DNA of 39,893 nt from an uncultured virus (IMG/VR IMGVR_UViG_2061766007_003888) (IMGVR_UViG_2061766007_003888), one strand, 5' to 3'. Shown: positions 28,217 to 38,635, counted from the first letter of the stretch. Notes: generated from the sequence alone by a model not told the origin. Made by a program: numbers and translations.

Positions 28217-29700
28217 TGACGAATGATATTGAAAATAAAGATTTCATCGGTACACGTTATGAAACTGACGCGCAGTATGGCCTTTCCAAGTTTCAACTTA
28301 CTACCTATGACGGGAATACGCCGATAAAGATGGTCGGCCTGCTAAACGACCTGCCCGAATTCTCGTTTTCGGTCGATTATACAGACGGCCCCGGTTCGAC
28401 ATGGCAAGACATGCTGAGCTCGTTCATGTCCAACGACCTCGTACAGTTGATAAACGCGGTAGGAGCGAACGGTAACAACAGCAACTGGCGTAACTACATA
28501 AAGGCCGGTTCATGGACAAAGAAAATATACAACGGCTATAAACCCGGGACAATCACCCTGAAATTCAGGATTTACGACGCAGATACGCTCGGTCAGACAC
28601 CCGCAAAAATCTGGATGTCGAACCTACAGAAATTCGCATCAGCGAACGCGGACAACCAATATTCGTCCGCCCGCGCCTTAGAGAATATCGCCGCGGGTCT
28701 CGGTAATATCGCATCTACGGGCAGCACGGCCGGCGATATAATTAAGCTCCACCAGGGTGACCACAACAGTACACCTGATGAAGAGAAAAACAAGATTAAA
28801 GGTGAATGCGACATGAAACGCATGAAGACTGAACGCTTCATCACCCTGCTGTACGGGAAAATCTGCCGCTTCAGCGGGGACAAGGTCGTCGCATATAGAA
28901 AAGATTCACAATTTTCTGAAACCGACCTGTCGGTAGGCAACCTGAATACTGGCAATAATTCGTACAGCGTGCTGTACTATATCCGCCGCGACAATAAAAC
29001 CCGTGTATATATCGGGATCAATACTGCGTATAATCAAAATACGTTAAATATACCCTATGTACACGACCACGACTATATTAACAAGAATTACGGCTCTGAC
29101 GAAGACCCCAATGATATTCTCGGTATCGACGACATAGTCTCCGATTTCACGCAGGCAAGTTCGAAAATTACCGACCCGGAAATCAGAAAGGCATTCAACG
29201 ATGATATCCTTACGAAAGTACGTACGCTCGCAGAAGAAATGGATACGACGAATACGAATGCCTATACAGATATGTCTGTAAGTAGTCTCAGAGAAAAAGT
29301 ATTCGAACTACAAAATGTGGCAAATGAACTAGAGACCGGAGTCATCGGCAAATATGGGCCGTACAGGGTCGCAAGCAGATTCAACCGTGAAAACAGCTTC
29401 GGCGCGAAGCTATGGTACTTGAATATCTATGACGACAACAACGTCATCTTCAATAGCGCATTCCCGCTGATCGTCTACATATCCAACTGGACAGTAAAGT
29501 TTTCGGAAGAATCAAATATAAGCTCACACGTATATCACGAATTCAGCGTAACATGTAACCTCGACCAGACGTATTCACGTGCTCAATGGTACAGGATACT
29601 GTCGAAAGATGTCACAAACAACAGTCAGGACGCCTGGGTAAAAGACGCCAACAGTAAACAGTTCGACCCCGAATTGAAAAAAATATTATCCCAGCAATAA
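28216..29700 (+). CDS. Probable baseplate/tail-tube junction protein (494 aa)
   Basis: Coupled to gp25; shares motifs with the 29686-30615 ORF. Confidence 0.5.
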   Translation: MTNDIENKDFIGTRYETDAQYGLSKFQLTTYDGNTPIKMVGLLNDLPEFSFSVDYTDGPGSTWQDMLSSFMSNDLVQLINAVGANGNNSNWRNYIKAGSWTKKIYNGYKPGTITLKFRIYDADTLGQTPAKIWMSNLQKFASANADNQYSSARALENIAAGLGNIASTGSTAGDIIKLHQGDHNSTPDEEKNKIKGECDMKRMKTERFITLLYGKICRFSGDKVVAYRKDSQFSETDLSVGNLNTGNNSYSVLYYIRRDNKTRVYIGINTAYNQNTLNIPYVHDHDYINKNYGSDEDPNDILGIDDIVSDFTQASSKITDPEIRKAFNDDILTKVRTLAEEMDTTNTNAYTDMSVSSLREKVFELQNVANELETGVIGKYGPYRVASRFNRENSFGAKLWYLNIYDDNNVIFNSAFPLIVYISNWTVKFSEESNISSHVYHEFSVTCNLDQTYSRAQWYRILSKDVTNNSQDAWVKDANSKQFDPELKKILSQQ

Positions 29701-30615
29701 TTCCAAATCGGAATTCGTAAGCACCATCTGGGTTTCAAGAGAAATCTTGAAATCAACATATATCGGTTCAAGCTTTTCGTTCTGGTACGTAACGTTCAAC
29801 GCCGGTTTAAACGACCAATTCTTTATCAGCCACTTTATACGACTGGATGACTTTATTATCCCGCCGATATTGAAAGTACATAAAGGCGCGCCGCCGATAT
29901 TCAAATCAGTACCCTGCCCTATCTCGTCAAGCCCTTTCCATAAGATATCGAACGCGTCTTTCAACTCCTTATCCTTACCGGAAAGAATTTTCTCGTCAGA
30001 CGTTATTATACGCGCTATATCCAGGATCGACTTGTCGTCACCCTTATTTTCAATCGCCGTCTTTAACGTTGTCACGGCGCTCCCGAACATATTACCCTTG
30101 GCCTCGGCATTGTCCAGCGCCGTATCTATATAGGCGACGGAATCGGAAATATTGTATTCCCTTGGCGTAGTCGCGAAAAACAGGAATTTAAGTATTTCCT
30201 TATATGACGTTGTATTATACATCCATATAGGATAGCTCTTGAATGTTATATCGACTGACAGGGGACTGCCCGTTTTCGGCATTTTCTGTGTCCAGCCATC
30301 AGTAAACAACGGCGGCCTGTAATCCTCATTATTTTCCGCAAAAGCACGTAATAACTTGTGCGAGGTAAATTCCTGTACCTTATTGGTCAATGTCGCGACC
30401 GGGCTCAAATCCCATTCCATATCATACGATATTTCAGGCATTTCGTTTACTATGCCCGTAATAACCAGGTCATTGTCGATCAGTTCGGTTTCCTCGTACT
30501 TCAAGTCAGACTTATCTATTTTTAGCGTAAAATTATGTGTCTCGTATATCGGCGAATTCTGTTGTTTCAAATTCGTCGTCTTCAACGTCTGACTGTAAAA
30601 ACTCTGTAATCCCAT
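29686..30615 (-). CDS. Probable baseplate/tail-tube junction protein (gp48-like position, 309 aa)
   Basis: Follows the tape-measure-like gene; WLIKNWSF..PIYVDFKISLET tube-fold-like C-terminus. Confidence 0.5.
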   Translation of the reverse strand: MGLQSFYSQTLKTTNLKQQNSPIYETHNFTLKIDKSDLKYEETELIDNDLVITGIVNEMPEISYDMEWDLSPVATLTNKVQEFTSHKLLRAFAENNEDYRPPLFTDGWTQKMPKTGSPLSVDITFKSYPIWMYNTTSYKEILKFLFFATTPREYNISDSVAYIDTALDNAEAKGNMFGSAVTTLKTAIENKGDDKSILDIARIITSDEKILSGKDKELKDAFDILWKGLDEIGQGTDLNIGGAPLCTFNIGGIIKSSSRIKWLIKNWSFKPALNVTYQNEKLEPIYVDFKISLETQMVLTNSDLELLLG

Positions 30616-30621
30616 ATATTA

Positions 30622-32394
30622 CTATTTACTGTTAGCCGGGGTAAACCACATGTTCTTCTTGTCGGAATGGTCATACCAATTCTGCATCAACGTGTACAGC
30701 TTATTGATATTCTCTTCGATAGAATCGATAGGCTTCCTTATTTCGGAAACTGTATCCGTCGTTGTCGAATAGATATTCTGGTTGACGTTCGACGATATAC
30801 GATCCGCATTCGTCGTGGTAGCAGAAGACTCATTGGTTTCCTGTACGGCGGTAACAATCGACGCGATGGCGCGAATAGGCATACCGACAACATTACCGAC
30901 ACCGTTGATAAGCGTATTGGCAGCATTGGATAACGCTATACTCTTAACAGCTTTCGATATGGCATGCAACGGCCCCGTAATCTGTTTAATGGAATCGTTG
31001 AACCGTTCCTGCATTTCGGAACTGAACGTGACCTCATTCGACTGGTCGACCTGTACCGTAGTTTCCTGCTTGCCTTCCGGCCTAAACAAACTGAACAAGT
31101 TGCCTATCCCTTTGAACAGGGACAATACGCCGTTCACTATCATCTTCGGTATGGCCAGCATGGCATCCATTATAAAGTTGCCGACTATCTTGAATATGTC
31201 GATAACCTTCTTGACGCCGTCTATAATCTTATCGCCGAACATACTGAACAATATGAATATACCGGCAATCAGCAATACGAACATACCGACAATCAACAGG
31301 ATGCCGCCCGCGACAAGCACGAATTCCGCGACCGCGAGAGTCTTCTTGAACAAGATATATGCCACGTGCATTACGAACTTTGCAATCTCTATCGCGCGCT
31401 TGAACAGGAATTCAACCAATGCCTTTCCGAATATCGTATTTTCATGCGTCACTTTCAATGCCCACAACGCCATATCCTTAACGAATATAGCAGTAAGCGC
31501 CACCATTCTCGCGGCATGGTATGCGAGCTGCAGCGTCTTAATTAACAGCGGGATTCCGCGGAAAAGACCGAATACTACGCCGACACCCAGTAATACCTTT
31601 TTACCTATATCGGTAAACTTGTCCCGTAGCTCGGCACCTATCCCCCGCCAGAAACCCTTGAGGAACGCTATGGCGATAAGTACGTACGGCAATGACTTCA
31701 TTATGAACGCCGCGATAAGCGCTACCGGATTAAGTAGTCCCTTCAATATATTGCCGAGACCGCCCATGAATTCCTTGAAGCTGAACGGTAGCTTCGGGCG
31801 TTCCACTTTCGTCTCTTCCTGCGGGATCGACTTTTCCTTTTCCTCATCATTTCCGAGGAGCGCATTAATCTGCTTGTCCTTGTCTCGTTTTTCTGCTGCG
31901 TTCAGAAGCTTATAGAATAACTTGTTATTCTCCTTCTGTAAATCTGTCATATCGGACAATGCGGTAACTACTTTCGGTATACCGAGATCAGGTGCCTGCG
32001 TCTCCGCCTCTACAATCGCGGATTTCGTAACCTTGCCGGTCTCGGACACCGCCGCCGTCAGCTTGCGGTCTACCGGTTTCGCCTCGACCTGAGGCTTTAC
32101 CGTAGCCGCGACGCGGTCTTCCTTCGCGCTCAATACGGTAACGAGCGTACTGTTAAGCTTGTCAAGTGTCTTGTCCAGACTCTTCGTACTCTTCAAGATA
32201 TCGGACGCGATAGTCCTTATCTTAAACAATACAGACAAATCACCGTCTATAGCATGAATCTCGCCGAGTAACATTTTATTATTGATAATATACTTCGTAT
32301 TGAAGGTCTCGAGGGCTTCCAATTTCTGCGTATAGTCGCGTATACCTTTTAGATTTTCATTAATAGGCGCCAAATCTGTATTAGTTATAGCCAT
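30622..32394 (-). CDS. Tape-measure-like protein (gp29-like) with long hydrophobic segments (590 aa)
   Basis: Helical protein with a central hydrophobic/amphipathic region, in the baseplate cluster, with a late promoter. Confidence 0.6.
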   Translation of the reverse strand: MAITNTDLAPINENLKGIRDYTQKLEALETFNTKYIINNKMLLGEIHAIDGDLSVLFKIRTIASDILKSTKSLDKTLDKLNSTLVTVLSAKEDRVAATVKPQVEAKPVDRKLTAAVSETGKVTKSAIVEAETQAPDLGIPKVVTALSDMTDLQKENNKLFYKLLNAAEKRDKDKQINALLGNDEEKEKSIPQEETKVERPKLPFSFKEFMGGLGNILKGLLNPVALIAAFIMKSLPYVLIAIAFLKGFWRGIGAELRDKFTDIGKKVLLGVGVVFGLFRGIPLLIKTLQLAYHAARMVALTAIFVKDMALWALKVTHENTIFGKALVEFLFKRAIEIAKFVMHVAYILFKKTLAVAEFVLVAGGILLIVGMFVLLIAGIFILFSMFGDKIIDGVKKVIDIFKIVGNFIMDAMLAIPKMIVNGVLSLFKGIGNLFSLFRPEGKQETTVQVDQSNEVTFSSEMQERFNDSIKQITGPLHAISKAVKSIALSNAANTLINGVGNVVGMPIRAIASIVTAVQETNESSATTTNADRISSNVNQNIYSTTTDTVSEIRKPIDSIEENINKLYTLMQNWYDHSDKKNMWFTPANSK

Positions 32395-32398
32395 ACAT

Positions 32399-32410
32399 TA
32401 TTTATAAATA
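32399..32410. promoter_or_regulatory. Palindromic bidirectional late promoter TATTTATAAATA
   Basis: Same 12-bp palindrome as 21146-21157, again between divergent genes. Confidence 0.65.
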
Positions 32411-32435
32411 TTATAAACAATGAAAGGATTTTAAC

Positions 32436-33747
32436 ATGATAACATTGGCAGACGAAGCGTACGATTTTATCAACGAGGCCGGCCGTAACGAACCGGACTA
32501 CGTCAAGGTCATGAAATGGGCCGTAAGTATACATTTTAACTCCGCGAAAACGAACGAAGGCGAAATAATCCCGTCCCATATCGGTAATTATTTTTCTACC
32601 GTCCGTTTCAAGGACTGGGCGAGCCATTACGAACCGAAAGAGGGCCGTCCCGCGCAGTTGGCACTCTTCTACCAGGCAAACATCAAGCACCTCATGGCAC
32701 ACGGCTCCACTACGGTGACTGATACGCGCCCGTTCACAGTCGTCTACGCGATCGACGGTATCAACGACATAAAGAGCTTCATAAAGGGNNNNNNNNNNCG
32801 TCGTCTACGCGATCGACGGCATCAACGACATAAAGAGCTTCATAAAGGGTGACAAGGATATTCAGAAATCCCTGGCCTCCGGACAGCCGCTCGAAACTGC
32901 GGCGGCCAGTCTGCATGAACTCGCGGAAGAACACGTCCGCTACGCCAAGGTATACTGGAAAAACGACGAGACCGACGCCGTTATCGTACCCCAGACGAAA
33001 CTCAACATGTTTGGCGAGATACTCAAGAACAGTGAACTCTACCCGTCCGACGTGAAGCGTACTGGTGAAAAGAACGCGAAAAGCGCCGGAGGCTATCTCG
33101 GCCCCGCGACCGGTTATGTCTATATGGTCCCGGCAGACAAGGTCCGTGAACTCAATGCAATCCGTAAAACCGACGGTTCCAATACGTTCAAGAAGCCGCT
33201 TACCACGCTCGACGCCGACGGCAACCCGAAAGAAGTTTTCAGACCGGGCAATACCGACACATTCGCAAGAAAGCAGTCTGACGGAAACTGGCTGTGCGGT
33301 ATATCGACACATAACGATTATGCGAAACTCTACGTACAACGACTCCAAGACGAAGGTATAATCGACGGTTTCAAACAGGTCAACCTGCTCGGCAAGAAGG
33401 GTAATCCTATCCAGGGCGGCATCCGCTCCATCATCGAAGATCCCGACAAGCTCGCTGCCGCTTCCGGCGAAAAAGTCACCAAGACCCGCAAATCCGGAGA
33501 AACAAAGGCAGCCGCTGGCGGTTCTACCAGCGTAACTATCGCTTCCGACGCGAAAGACTTCGAGCGTATCAAAAAGCTTACCGACATGGCAGTCAAGGCG
33601 TACCTGTTAAGCCACCCCAAGGCCGGTACGACGGTAGATGCCGATGATGAACTGCAGACCGTCAAGATTGCCGGAATGAGTCCTGGCGCCATTGACCAGC
33701 ATATCGCGTTCCTCAAGAAAAAGAATCTTGAATTCACGCAGATGTAA
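32436..33747 (+). CDS. Hypothetical late protein (about 416 aa once the 61-nt assembly duplication is removed)
   Basis: Track ORFs 32436 and 33007 join in frame across the gap; AAGGA RBS; terminator at 33764-33789. Confidence 0.75.
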
Positions 33748-33763
33748 GTCGACGATATTTAAA

Positions 33764-33789
33764 GAACCCGGAGGTAACTCCGGGTTTTT
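33764..33789 (+). terminator. Intrinsic terminator
   Basis: AACCCGGAG-gtaa-CTCCGGGTT followed by TTT. Confidence 0.75.
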
Positions 33790-33801
33790 AATATATAAAA
33801 T

Positions 33802-34091
33802 ATGGGTATACCCGTAATCTACACACCGAACGATATCGTCGAGATATTCGCCAGGTTTCCCCTGACGTACAAACCGCTATCCGAAAACATGTACTGGTTC
33901 GGTTTCGACAATACGTACCAGGTCGGAAGTATCGCCCTATCGCAAAACGAAATACGCTGCAGATTCCACTATACCGACGGCGTCAAGATACATACGAAAA
34001 CGTTCATCTACGACTACCGCAAGTTCACAAAGGAAATGAAAAAAGCCAGGAAAGCCTGGCATAATAAAAAACTCAAGGAACTTGACGATAC
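33802..34091 (+). CDS. Hypothetical protein (about 97 aa; stop lies in the gap)
   Basis: Open frame from ATG to the gap; basic C-terminus KKARKAWHNKKLKELD. Confidence 0.6.
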
Positions 34092-34122
34092 NNNNNNNNN
34101 NNNNNNNNNNNNNNNNNNNNNN

Positions 34123-35999
34123 ACTGTATCGCATTAGAATACCACTCCACCTGTTCCATCGAAATCGGCGTATACCTGTGATAATCTGTCGCAAGGTCGA
34201 ACCCGTTTTTCTTAGCGAACGCCCTTCCGTGTATATGACCGTACAGTACGACTGAATCCGGATATCGCGGATGCGTAGATCCCTCGTCCGGTTCATGCAC
34301 GACATGGTATGTCTTCTTGTTATGCTCGAACGTCGCCTTNNNNNNNNNNNNNNNNNNNNNNNNNNNNNNNNNNNNNNNNNNNNNNNNNNNNNNNNNNNNN
34401 NNNNNNNNNNNNNNNNNNNNNNNNNNNNNNNNNNNNNNNNNNNNNNNNNNNNNNNNNNNNNNNNNNNNNNNNNNNNNNNNNNNNNNNNNNNNNNNNNNNN
34501 NNNNNNNNNNNNNNNNNNNNNNNNNNNNNNNNNNNNNNNNNNNNNNNNNNNNNNNNNNNNNNNNNNNNNNNNNNNNNNNNNNNNNNNNNNNNNNNNNNNN
34601 NNNNNNNNNNNNNNNNNNNNNNNNNNNNNNNNNNNNNNNNNNNNNNNNNNNNNNNNNNNNNNNNNNNNNNNNNNNNNNNNNNNNNNNNNNNNNNNNNNNN
34701 NNNNNNNNNNNNNNNNNNNNNNNNNNNNNNNNNNNNNNNNNNNNNNNNNNNNNNNNNNNNNNNNNNNNNNNNNNNNNNNNNNNNNNNNNNNNNNNNNNNN
34801 NNNNNNNNNNNNNNNNNNNNNNNNNNNNNNNNNNNNNNNNNNNNNNNNNNNNNNNNNNNNNNNNNNNNNNNNNNNNNNNNNNNNNNNNNNNNNNNNNNNN
34901 NNNNNNNNNNNNNNNNNNNNNCCCCTTCATTTCAAGACGGCACTTAAGATAATCGTTCTTCTCCGCCCAGTCAGGGAACCCGCAATAAACTCCCGGCTTG
35001 TCGAACCAGTCGCCAAACTCTATATTGGTCGTAAAAGCAGGATGTTTTTTCTTNNNNNNNNNNCGCGAACGCCCTTCCGTGTATATGGCCGTACAGTACG
35101 ACTGAATCCGGATATCGCGGATGCGTAGATCCCTCGTCAGGTTCATGCACGACATGGTATGTCTTCTTGTTATGCTCGAACGTCGCCTTGGAAACGATAT
35201 CGATATGGCGTGTCTTCAATAACGACGCGACTTCATTTATTTCTTTTTCCAAGTCGCGGTCATAGTTACCCATGACCCAGATAAGCTGACCGTAGTTCAG
35301 CGACGAAAGTATATCTTTCATAGTGGAAATGTCACCGAAATCACCCGCATGGTAAACGACGTCGTTCATCGTAACGACCTTGTTCCAGTTAGATATCATC
35401 TCGAGGTCCATCTCGAAGAGATTCGGGAAAGGACGCCTCGAAAATTCAAGCGTACGTTGCTGCGAAAAATGCGTATCCGACGTAAAGTACGTATCTTTCG
35501 GGGATTTTTCCAATTTCTTGACGACATATTTCAATAGATCCTCAAGACTCGTCCAATACTTTATTCCCTTCATTTCAAGACGGCACTTAAGATAATCATT
35601 CTTCTCCGCCCAGTCAGGGAACCCGCAATAAACTCCTGGCTTGTCAAACCAGTCGCCAAACTCTATATTGGTCGTAAAAGCAGGATGTTTTTTCTTTATG
35701 TCTCTCGCGACCCAGAAAACGATCGCGGAAGCTTTCTTCATCGCGATATATTCCCATTTCGTCTGCGTAGCCAGCGCCTTGTCGCCGTACTTGTCCCGCA
35801 ATTTCTGGAAGTCGGGATTCGTCGGATTCAATACCTTACCGGTAAAACCGAGCTTCTCCAGAATGCTCACGGCCTCTGTACGCCAGTCATCTTCATAGTT
35901 TTCCCTCGGGCACGGACCAGCCAGGAAAATCGAGTTATTCATTTCGGAAGCGAGTTGTACTTCCGGTTCCATATCCACGTTAACTTTTACTATATTCAT
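34123..35999 (-). CDS. Fusion of a nucleoside 2-deoxyribosyltransferase-like domain and a calcineurin-like metallophosphoesterase (at least 342 aa; partly duplicated by assembly)
   Basis: N-terminal SIFLAGP..DWR..VLNP..WE..AIVFW..TTNIEFG; C-terminal FTSDTHF, HAGDFG, MGNYD, VHEP, LYGHIH. Main piece 35999-35064; continuation in 34213-34123. Confidence 0.82.
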
Positions 36000-36040
36000 A
36001 CTCGTCTTATTTATAATATAGAAAAATTACAGGCAAAATA

Positions 36041-36070
36041 TAAAAATCCAGGTTTTATCCTGGATTTTTA
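36041..36070 (-). terminator. Intrinsic terminator after the 36093-36458 ORF
   Basis: TAAAAATCCAGG-ttttat-CCTGGATTTTTA. Confidence 0.7.
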
Positions 36071-36092
36071 TTTATCAACATGCAATCAACGA

Positions 36093-36458
36093 TTACTTGC
36101 CGGCCGGGGACGGAGTCCAGTCGTTGTCGGTTTCGAAATCGTATTCGGCAGTGCTGTAGTCCGGGCTGAACACCGCGGAGCAGTCATTGATAGCCGAGAA
36201 GGATTCGATACCGGCGAAGTCCGGAGCCTGCCACTTGTCCTGCGGAAGCTTGGTGAAAACACGCTTGTTGAGGGCGGAAACACCACCAGACAGTTCATAA
36301 ACCGGGGCAGTCGTGTAATGATACAAACCATCAGAGTAAGCCTTGTAAGTGGCGATACCGGCCTGTTCGGCAGCGGCGGCGTCATCAGTCACAAAGTAAG
36401 CGCTTGTGGTCTGAAGGTAATCATTACCAGCATTGTACTGATCATTTCTACGTTTCAT
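36093..36458 (-). CDS. Small late protein (121 aa), possibly structural
   Basis: AGGAG RBS, TATAAATA at 36513-36520 (minus), own terminator, codon usage resembling the capsid gene. Confidence 0.75.
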   Translation of the reverse strand: MKRRNDQYNAGNDYLQTTSAYFVTDDAAAAEQAGIATYKAYSDGLYHYTTAPVYELSGGVSALNKRVFTKLPQDKWQAPDFAGIESFSAINDCSAVFSPDYSTAEYDFETDNDWTPSPAGK

Positions 36459-36515
36459 TGTTAATTCTCCTAAATTTTCCTATGCAAGCGGTTTATTCCG
36501 TCGCATCTATTTTAT

Positions 36516-38132
36516 TTATAACAACTTTCCGGGATTTCTCGTAAACTTATATTTTAAATTTCCACAGTCATAAATTCGATATATTTTTCTGGATAACATG
36601 ATTTCATGTTCTGTTAAATTAGAATTATATCCAGCCTTAATAAGTTTATGTTTTTGAAAGTTTAACCTATTAAACCGTAATTGGTCTTTTATATAATAAT
36701 ATGATGGTTTAACAATATTAATTTTTATAAATCCAAGCTTTTCATATAAATTACCTATTGACCATCTTCTATCAGCAAAAGAAATAATTTCATTTATCTC
36801 TTCATGGTTTTTCAAAAAATATGTAAACAATTTAGATGCACCACCAACTACATTAACATATTTTTTATTACAAAATCTCAATAATTCATATTCATTATTA
36901 AATCGTGATTTACCAAATGTCATTAATGATACCAATTCATCATTATAATAAAGACCATATCTATATGTTGACATGCAATTACCCTGTATATGATTCTCAT
37001 TTAAAAAATCTTCAGATTCTTTATAAGATATAGCCCTAATTTTACATTTTCTTGCATAAATTCGTTGATTTTTACCCAATAAACCAGAAATTCTGGATTT
37101 AACTATATCTTGCTTATATACCCACTCATCTTCAAATATATGAATAAGTTGTATACCTAATGATTCACATGCTATCGTTTTATTTAAATGATAATTAGCG
37201 TCTTTATATAGTTCTGAATGCCAATATAAGCCATCAAATTCAAACGCCAATTTTCTTTCCGGTAAATAAATATCTAATTCATATTTATCAATAATTCCGA
37301 ATTTATTCTGTTCTATCGGTTCATCAATTAGTGTTTTTATGAAATTATATAGATCTTTCTCATAATTAGAATAATGACTATTTATTGGATTACAATATGT
37401 ACATAATTTGGTATGATTTCTTTTTCTAAGATAATACATTGGCGACGTTATAATATAATTATTGCCACATTCATCACAATGTATAGTTAAATTATTACCA
37501 TTATAATCTAAAATATTACTATCTTGTTCAACAAATCTCTTTAAATAAGTTTTGGCGCGCGTTTCATGTATCTTAGTTTTTACATCAGGTACCTGCGTTA
37601 CGTATTCTGCACCATAATTTTCCAAACATGTCATCTTCGTCTTTTCTTTTATCTCAGAAGACTGCATCGCATTTTTTACCCCATAACGTTCTAAATTCGT
37701 ATTTTCTACCCTATCTTGAATAATTTTACTTTGCATAGGATTAGTTACGCCATAATTATCAATTAATGTCTGTTTTCGTTTCTCATTAATAACCGCCAAT
37801 TGAAGTACATTCTTTACACCATATTTATCGAATACCGTCTTTTCTTGTTTTTCTTTTATATTAGACGCCTGCATTGCGTTTTCAACGCCAAAACGCTTTT
37901 TATTTGTATTCTTACGTTTTTCTACTGCATTATTTTCTTTTGCAGAAATTTTCATTTGACATGATGAACATATAAACGGAAAACGTAAACTAAATAAACA
38001 TTTTATATGTTCTTTATTACAGACAGAACAAATAAACTTCACCTTTGTTTTCTGCCTCTGCCTTCCTTGAATAATATTTCTATAAGAAATATAATCCGAT
38101 TCATCAGTCAAAAATTTTATTTGTTCATCCAT
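36516..38132 (-). CDS. Free-standing homing-endonuclease-like protein (538 aa), paralog of 12381-14780
   Basis: CxxC pairs, five T....(Y/F)G repeats, ELDIYLPERKLAFEFDGLYWH, RIYDCGNLKY; AT-rich. Confidence 0.8.
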   Translation of the reverse strand: MDEQIKFLTDESDYISYRNIIQGRQRQKTKVKFICSVCNKEHIKCLFSLRFPFICSSCQMKISAKENNAVEKRKNTNKKRFGVENAMQASNIKEKQEKTVFDKYGVKNVLQLAVINEKRKQTLIDNYGVTNPMQSKIIQDRVENTNLERYGVKNAMQSSEIKEKTKMTCLENYGAEYVTQVPDVKTKIHETRAKTYLKRFVEQDSNILDYNGNNLTIHCDECGNNYIITSPMYYLRKRNHTKLCTYCNPINSHYSNYEKDLYNFIKTLIDEPIEQNKFGIIDKYELDIYLPERKLAFEFDGLYWHSELYKDANYHLNKTIACESLGIQLIHIFEDEWVYKQDIVKSRISGLLGKNQRIYARKCKIRAISYKESEDFLNENHIQGNCMSTYRYGLYYNDELVSLMTFGKSRFNNEYELLRFCNKKYVNVVGGASKLFTYFLKNHEEINEIISFADRRWSIGNLYEKLGFIKINIVKPSYYYIKDQLRFNRLNFQKHKLIKAGYNSNLTEHEIMLSRKIYRIYDCGNLKYKFTRNPGKLL

Positions 38133-38146
38133 TATTATAATAAAAA

Positions 38147-38245
38147 TCCTATTTAGAATGGCGGTTCTAAATAGGAATAAACGATAATACTATCGTCTTA
38201 AAATCTTAACTATAGAAACCGCCATTTCTACTTATATTATTTATA
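38147..38245 (-). promoter_or_regulatory. Late promoter plus a structured leader of three hairpins upstream of the endonuclease
   Basis: TATAAATA at 38238-38245; hairpins at 38213-38230, 38181-38196 and 38147-38176, the last followed by a U-tract. Confidence 0.6.
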
Positions 38246-38248
38246 AAA

Positions 38249-38569
38249 TTATTTTTCGAGTTTTGATTCCAACAAAGACCACCCCGTAACTTTTACGTCG
38301 CGGATATCCGTCAATGTCACGTCGACTTCGAGCCGGTTGGTCGTATGCACGTTCGCCTTGACATATTTTATCGGAATCGCGGTAAACGAAAAAACAGAGC
38401 CCGGCGCTATGTTCTTGTTCCATTTCCCGGTCTTTACCCAGACATGGTCGCAGAGCTGAATATGGTTCTCGTCGAAAATATTGCTGAGCATAGTCTTCCC
38501 CTTCTGGTACTTGCAGGAATAAGTACCGGAATACCGATTTCTAGTCAATATGGGACCAAGTTCACGCAT
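38249..38569 (-). CDS. Hypothetical protein (106 aa, DHVW motif)
   Basis: Probable start MRELGP with AGGT RBS; upstream TTTACG-N17-TATATT. Confidence 0.65.
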   Translation of the reverse strand: MRELGPILTRNRYSGTYSCKYQKGKTMLSNIFDENHIQLCDHVWVKTGKWNKNIAPGSVFSFTAIPIKYVKANVHTTNRLEVDVTLTDIRDVKVTGWSLLESKLEK

Positions 38570-38635
38570 AATATTACCTATAATAGAATATAGCATATTA
38601 CAAGGCCGACGTAAAGCCCGTTTATAAAAAATTGT

